A stretch of 64,000 bases of DNA from a virus, in IMG/VR virus record IMGVR_UViG_3300020419_000004; one strand, written 5' to 3'. A program made the translations under genes and the position numbers. Shown here piece after piece: positions 59,135 to 64,000 of this stretch. The stretch's first letter is position 1, and every line of letters begins with the position of its first letter. Under the pieces are notes generated by a model. The model saw nothing but the letters and a program-made list of their open reading frames with translations, did not search any database and had not been told where the DNA came from.

Positions 59135-59759
59135 ATTTCACCAAGCATTCCCTTTATTAATATATGAGAAGGAACTTACTGGTTTCTTGAACGTATTGTA
59201 CCAAGGATTTGACGATGCTAAATTTGACAACAGCACAGGTAAAATAACAGGGGAATTAAATGGTAAGGTTCTAGTCCATCAGGACTTAAGACTAGAACCA
59301 TTTTTTAGAGCTGTGAAAAAGTGTGCTGTAGAGTACATGGATCAGTTTGCCATAGACAAATCTACCTACGAGGTAAATTTTGTTAAGTCTTGGTTTACTA
59401 TCTGTGATCCTGGTCAGCACTTCCCATGTCACTATCACTCATGTGCACACATATCATGGGTATACTATATACAGACACCTGGTGACCCCTTAATTTTACA
59501 TAAAAAGAACCCTAACGAATGGTTTGGAGATGCATTTAAACTCATTAAAGAAAATAGATTTAACAATGGTGATGGATATGCTATCACCCCACAGGCTCAG
59601 CACCTTATTATGTTTCCTGGTCATCTTGAACACTATACTACTTCTCAACCCAGAGAACATAGACGAATTAGTCTTGCTGGTGACATCCTTCTAACTCTAA
59701 AACATAGAACGGATACAGAATCGGGGTTGCTTCCTCCTAAATATTGGAAAAGCTTCTGA
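59115..59759 (+). CDS. Putative 2OG-Fe(II) oxygenase (TIGR02466-like)
   Basis: KSWF, CHYHSCAHISWVYY, LIMFPGHLEHYT, RISLAGD; probable GTG start at 59115. Confidence 0.75.
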   Translation: MQKTTSKFHQAFPLLIYEKELTGFLNVLYQGFDDAKFDNSTGKITGELNGKVLVHQDLRLEPFFRAVKKCAVEYMDQFAIDKSTYEVNFVKSWFTICDPGQHFPCHYHSCAHISWVYYIQTPGDPLILHKKNPNEWFGDAFKLIKENRFNNGDGYAITPQAQHLIMFPGHLEHYTTSQPREHRRISLAGDILLTLKHRTDTESGLLPPKYWKSF

Positions 59760-59764
59760 TAATA

Positions 59765-61300
59765 ATGGCATACCAGAACATTGATAGAAGAGATTTACTA
59801 AGAGCAATCAAGGGTCGTCCTGTAAAGGAAGAGATGGAAAATATAATGGATGTTGCAGGTCAGGACTCTGTTTGGAGACATGATCCCAACATAAACTATG
59901 GTAAATGGGATGGTAAATCAACATTTGGCACTGAACCTACAGATAGTTGGATCTCTATAAAAACTAGTGAGAGTGCTGTCAGAAGATTGATCGCACGGTA
60001 TAAAAATAGTTACATAACTGCACTGAAAGGTAGTTCTAAAGACTATGATACTGGAGTTAAACCATACATCTCACTGTACGTTGGTACTCAGAAAATAAAA
60101 TTCCAAGCAACAGGTAAACTTACTGACTCTACTGGTAAAGCGGTCAGTGAAGCGACCATGACAAGGATGCAAGAACTAGGTTCTGCCTTTGTATTCAAAA
60201 GAGCTATAGCAGAGAACGCAACGTGGAAGGATGCAGAAGCATTAAAGAGCGATGACGATACTATGAAAGGTATCAAGGATATATGGAAGAGGATTGGTAA
60301 GGTAGATGAAGTTGATGACACTTGGATAGACAATTTCTATAAGCAACAGAAGACATTGCTTGCTAAGATAGGCAAACCTGCGTTCACAGAGTTCAATCGT
60401 GACGGTGGGTTCATGGAATTTATTACTAAGATAGTCAAAGACAATTTTGATATCAGTGCTAAGGACAACTGGAACCCTGCAGACATATGGTTGATACAGG
60501 ATGAGACTAAGTGGACAAATATGATAGGTGCTGCGGTAAATTCTGGTAGAAGAGGACGTTCAAAAGCAAAGTCAATTACCGAATTAAATGCTATAATGAG
60601 AATGTTATTCAAAGCTAGACAAGTGTTTGGTATTTCTCTCAAAAAGGTAGCTGCAGGACAGGATGCACGAATACAATTTGTGAATGATAAGAGTGAGTTC
60701 TTTACCAAGTTGGATCAGTTGCATTTTGAGTATGAGAAAGCTGATTGTAAGATGGGACAGAAGAAAGACAAGGAAGGTTCTATAACTTTATCCACTCAGG
60801 ACACTAGATTGTACATAAAAGATGGTGGTAATACATATAATTTTCAAATCAAAGGCAACAACAGCACTGGGTATTCTAATTTAAAATATGAACCCACCTC
60901 ATCAGGTGCTACTGCTGCTAGATTAGGTAAAGCAACTGTGGAACTGGTAGAACAACTGTTAAAAGACTACAGTTTGAGTTTCCAAAAAAGTAATGAAGCA
61001 TATCCAATGGATGCTGCCCAGTTTCTTGCCAATAAAAATGGCAAGTGGAAAGAACTGATAGAGGTTTTGGATAAAGCAGGTGTAGATATTGATGTTCCTG
61101 ATGTGGATACAGCATATAATAATTTACTATTTGTATTTGGTACAAAACCTCATGTTGCTAACTCCAAATGCCAACAGATCAAATGGTTATCTGAGTACCT
61201 ATCACTCAGTGATGAAGATAGAGATCAGTTTGGAACTGACATGGTATTTCTTGCCAAAAAAGAAGGACGAAAGTACGGTGCATTTGCTAAAATATACTAA
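59765..61300 (+). CDS. Putative PD-(D/E)xK restriction-like endonuclease
   Basis: TRMQE137, WNPAD240IW and GIS291LK293K fit motifs I-III of the S-x-K variant; start ATG 59765. Confidence 0.5.
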   Translation: MAYQNIDRRDLLRAIKGRPVKEEMENIMDVAGQDSVWRHDPNINYGKWDGKSTFGTEPTDSWISIKTSESAVRRLIARYKNSYITALKGSSKDYDTGVKPYISLYVGTQKIKFQATGKLTDSTGKAVSEATMTRMQELGSAFVFKRAIAENATWKDAEALKSDDDTMKGIKDIWKRIGKVDEVDDTWIDNFYKQQKTLLAKIGKPAFTEFNRDGGFMEFITKIVKDNFDISAKDNWNPADIWLIQDETKWTNMIGAAVNSGRRGRSKAKSITELNAIMRMLFKARQVFGISLKKVAAGQDARIQFVNDKSEFFTKLDQLHFEYEKADCKMGQKKDKEGSITLSTQDTRLYIKDGGNTYNFQIKGNNSTGYSNLKYEPTSSGATAARLGKATVELVEQLLKDYSLSFQKSNEAYPMDAAQFLANKNGKWKELIEVLDKAGVDIDVPDVDTAYNNLLFVFGTKPHVANSKCQQIKWLSEYLSLSDEDRDQFGTDMVFLAKKEGRKYGAFAKIY

Positions 61301-62511
61301 TGAGTAAGAACACACACCTCGAACACTTAGAAGATAGCATCCTCCTTGATGGTAAAGAGGGTGCTACAGATGCTTTTGTGTTCTTGGATGAACTTGCTAA
61401 GACTTTTAGTGCTGGTGGTAATAATAACTTAAAAATTACTACTAAATGGGACGGTGCACCTGCTGTATTCTGTGGCACATATCCTGGCACCAATAGATTT
61501 TTTGTTGGTAGTAAATCTATCTTCAATAAGGATGCCAAGATCAATTTTACACACTCAGATGTAGATGCATACCATGGTGGGTCACCTGGTCTTGCTACTA
61601 AGTTGAAAGATTGTCTGACTTACCTCCCTGATCTAGGCATTAAGGGTATAGCACAGGGTGACTTACTCTTTACTGATGATAAAGAAAAGAAAAAAATTGA
61701 TGGACAGGACTGTCTTATATTTCAACCCAATACTATCACCTATTGTATCCCTTCAGAGGATGAACTATATGAAAAGGCACTCAAAGCAAAACTTGGTATA
61801 GTATTTCATACCAGTTATAGTGGTAGTACTATCCAAGGGTTGAAAGCATCGTTTGGATACAACGTTAACCAACTAAACAACAGTAAAGATGTGTTAGTTC
61901 TTAGTGCTGAGACAGAACAACTAGGTAATGACATCTTACTTGATAGTTCTGAGAAGAATGAACTGGTATCAATAAGGACTAAGAGTGCTAGTCTGGTAGC
62001 AGGTACGTTCCTAGACACCATGGCAGAGCATAATGCAGGTAAAGATCAGTTAGCTGTTGGAACTAGACTAAAGATCTTCTTTAACAAGTATGTTAGAGAG
62101 GGTAAAAAGATGGGATCATCCGTTACAGTTGTAAAAGAATTTAAAAAGTACTTTGAGGATGAGTGTAGGAAGGCAGCAGACAAATTGAAGTCACCAAAAG
62201 GTAAGGCAGGTAAACTTGCTAAGTTATATGATGGTCAAGATCTTATCAAGAAGCATGAGAGTGACTTAACCAAGACGATTGATCTATATAAGAACCTCCA
62301 GTTGGCAAAGGAGATGTTCATTCGTAAACTAGAGAAGGGTGAAAGGTTTGGTACATATCTCAGGACAGAGAATGGGTACAAGATCACTGCACCAGAGGGA
62401 TATGTTGCTATCCAAGAGGGATCTAAGGCAGTTAAACTGGTTGATCGTCTCACCTTTAGTGTTGCCAACTTCAATGTAGAAAAGAACTGGGTCGCAGGAG
62501 ATAGTAAATGA
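61300..62511 (+). CDS. DUF6267-like protein with covalent nucleotidyltransferase (RNA ligase-like) motifs
   Basis: KNTHLEHLED; K49WDG (motif I), QGD121 (III), E366GYV (IV), VK379LV (V). Confidence 0.6.
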   Translation: MSKNTHLEHLEDSILLDGKEGATDAFVFLDELAKTFSAGGNNNLKITTKWDGAPAVFCGTYPGTNRFFVGSKSIFNKDAKINFTHSDVDAYHGGSPGLATKLKDCLTYLPDLGIKGIAQGDLLFTDDKEKKKIDGQDCLIFQPNTITYCIPSEDELYEKALKAKLGIVFHTSYSGSTIQGLKASFGYNVNQLNNSKDVLVLSAETEQLGNDILLDSSEKNELVSIRTKSASLVAGTFLDTMAEHNAGKDQLAVGTRLKIFFNKYVREGKKMGSSVTVVKEFKKYFEDECRKAADKLKSPKGKAGKLAKLYDGQDLIKKHESDLTKTIDLYKNLQLAKEMFIRKLEKGERFGTYLRTENGYKITAPEGYVAIQEGSKAVKLVDRLTFSVANFNVEKNWVAGDSK

Positions 62512-63059
62512 GCACATGTTATTTCACATTTGGTAGGTTCAATCCACCCACCATAGGACACGAAAAACTTATCAAGGCAGTGGAGAAAGAAGCGGGTTCT
62601 AGTGACTGGTTGATCTTTCCATCACAGACACACAAAAAACCAGATAATCCATTGCCATATGAGTATAAGGTTTCCGTAATGCAGAAGATGTTTCCGTTTG
62701 CTGCAGATCATATTGATGAAAAGGCATGTTGCAATACTATTATTAAAGTTGCACAGCATTTAATGATGAAAGACTATAGTGACCTCATAATGGTGGTGGG
62801 TTCTGATAGGGTAACTGACTTTGATAAGATACTACAGAAATATAATAGGGTAGACTTCTCATTTAGTACTATTCAAGTTGTATCTGCTGGTGAGAGAGAT
62901 CCAGACGCGGAAGGTGCCAGTGGAATGTCTGCAAGTAAGATGAGAGCAGCAGCAAAAGATGTAAAAACAGTAGATTTTATGAGTGGAATACCAGATACTA
63001 TGAGTGCTGAAGATAAACTAGAGCTCATGGCAAAGGTTAGAGAGGGTATGGGCTTATAA
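62508..63059 (+). CDS. HIGH-superfamily nucleotidyltransferase (cytidyltransferase/NMNAT-like)
   Basis: FGRFNPPTIGH18, DNPL, VVGSDR, MSASKMR. Confidence 0.8.
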   Translation: MSTCYFTFGRFNPPTIGHEKLIKAVEKEAGSSDWLIFPSQTHKKPDNPLPYEYKVSVMQKMFPFAADHIDEKACCNTIIKVAQHLMMKDYSDLIMVVGSDRVTDFDKILQKYNRVDFSFSTIQVVSAGERDPDAEGASGMSASKMRAAAKDVKTVDFMSGIPDTMSAEDKLELMAKVREGMGL

Positions 63060-63062
63060 ATA
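63055..63062 (+). promoter_or_regulatory. Late promoter (TATAAATA)
   Basis: Exact consensus upstream of ATG 63087. Confidence 0.7.
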
Positions 63063-63086
63063 AGTTTGATATGTACATCTATATTA

Positions 63087-64000
63087 ATGAAATCTTTCTC
63101 TGACTTTGCAAAGAAAACGCAAGCCGCGGAAAAAAACATCACTCGTGACAAGTTCTATAAGAACGAAGTCTATAAAAAAGGAGAGTGGGTTTTAACTGAA
63201 GCTGGTCAGGTAGGTAAGATTTTACGTCGAGGTCCTAACTATGTGCTGTGTCTTACTGCTGAAGAAACAACCTTCCGCACTTGGATTACAGACATCAAAG
63301 AAGTATTCGAGATTGGAACTGATGCGTATCGTGAGTATGTTATGTCATTAACGCCTGGTCAGAAGGTACAGAAACCTTCAGGTACAGTTGCAGTTAAACA
63401 AGTTATTCCAACAGACCCTAAAAAAGATAAGATGAGCCATCACGAGGAAAAGAAGTCACTAGCACAATTAGCTGCTGAGACAAGTTTAAACACTAAGTTC
63501 AAGAGTGTTAAAGAGACATGGAGATATGATTACTCCGCAACCATAGGTAACACAGACATTAAAGGCAAGGGTGCTGATGGTGTAGGTGGTGGTGATGCAC
63601 CAGGTATGAAACTTGCAGAACCAAAGGGTGAAGAAGGTAAACCAGAAATAAAAAAGGTAAAGCATTCATGTGCTACTAAGGTAGAGCATGCAGAGTGGGG
63701 CACAGGTAACTGTCTATCAGGAGAGCATACTCTTCTAGAAGATGGAACTGTAACACACTATGATGTTATGTTTGAGCATGGACTAGAGAAAAATGTCGCT
63801 GTTGAAGACATTACTATTACTAAAGAAGCAGTTCATGAGCATGTTACTAGACCAGAAGGTAACATAGATCAAGAAGAAGTAAACACTGATCTACCTGCAG
63901 GACCACACGGACAGACTTTCGTAGAACCTGCAATCAAGTCAGAAGGATACGGTAAAGGTAGTAAGAAGAAGAAGGCACAGGAAGAAAGATCCGAAGTCGT
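63087..64000 (+). CDS. Hypothetical protein, 3'-truncated (not in ORF track)
   Basis: MKSFSDFAKK... open to the window end; SH3-like G.I.RRGPNY segment and His-rich KHSCATKVEH.EWG...HYDVMFEHG segment. Confidence 0.7.
   Translation, partial: MKSFSDFAKKTQAAEKNITRDKFYKNEVYKKGEWVLTEAGQVGKILRRGPNYVLCLTAEETTFRTWITDIKEVFEIGTDAYREYVMSLTPGQKVQKPSGTVAVKQVIPTDPKKDKMSHHEEKKSLAQLAAETSLNTKFKSVKETWRYDYSATIGNTDIKGKGADGVGGGDAPGMKLAEPKGEEGKPEIKKVKHSCATKVEHAEWGTGNCLSGEHTLLEDGTVTHYDVMFEHGLEKNVAVEDITITKEAVHEHVTRPEGNIDQEEVNTDLPAGPHGQTFVEPAIKSEGYGKGSKKKKAQEERSEV

Noticed and set aside
224-63151. Numerous minus-strand and alternate-frame ORFs in the track (for example 30416-31189, 40740-41261, 52679-53161, 46373 extension)
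   Set aside because: They lie wholly within well-supported + strand genes, lack RBS and family motifs, and are the expected antisense shadows of biased codon usage.
1-64000. CRISPR arrays, tRNA genes, reverse transcriptase/DGR, photosynthesis genes
   Set aside because: No repeat-spacer pattern, cloverleaf, YxDD reverse transcriptase or psb/hli motifs were seen; intergenic gaps are short and explained by promoters and terminators. A tRNAscan-SE run would be the formal check.

Overview
A 64 kb segment of a T4-like myovirus genome, most consistent with a marine cyanomyovirus (Kyanoviridae-like). Almost all real genes are on the + strand. In order: a 5'-truncated giant tail-fibre/virion protein; a tail-fibre accessory cassette (Gly-rich fibre, propeller-like fibre, two assembly-chaperone-like proteins, a peptidase-U32-like/SAM-methyltransferase fusion, a 25-aa membrane peptide, a 2OG-Fe(II) oxygenase); a 1833-aa subtilase with cupredoxin-like and Ig-like domains; the neck/packaging/head block gp13-gp23; gp3, uvsY, uvsW, gp55, gp47/46; a vWA-metallopeptidase plus CobS-like MoxR ATPase; gp45/44/62, dam, regA, hsp20, gp43, uvsX, gp41, mazG; and a terminal module of a restriction-like nuclease, a ligase-like nucleotidyltransferase and a HIGH-family nucleotidyltransferase. 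No tRNA, CRISPR array, intron or intein was seen. The most interesting leads are the U32-methyltransferase fusion and its cassette, a ROSE-like RNA thermometer in front of hsp20, the nuclease/ligase-like/NMNAT-like trio, an NtcA-box-controlled 54-aa Cys protein, and a class III aminotransferase inserted between gp55 and gp47. All family assignments come from reading motifs by eye; no searches were run.
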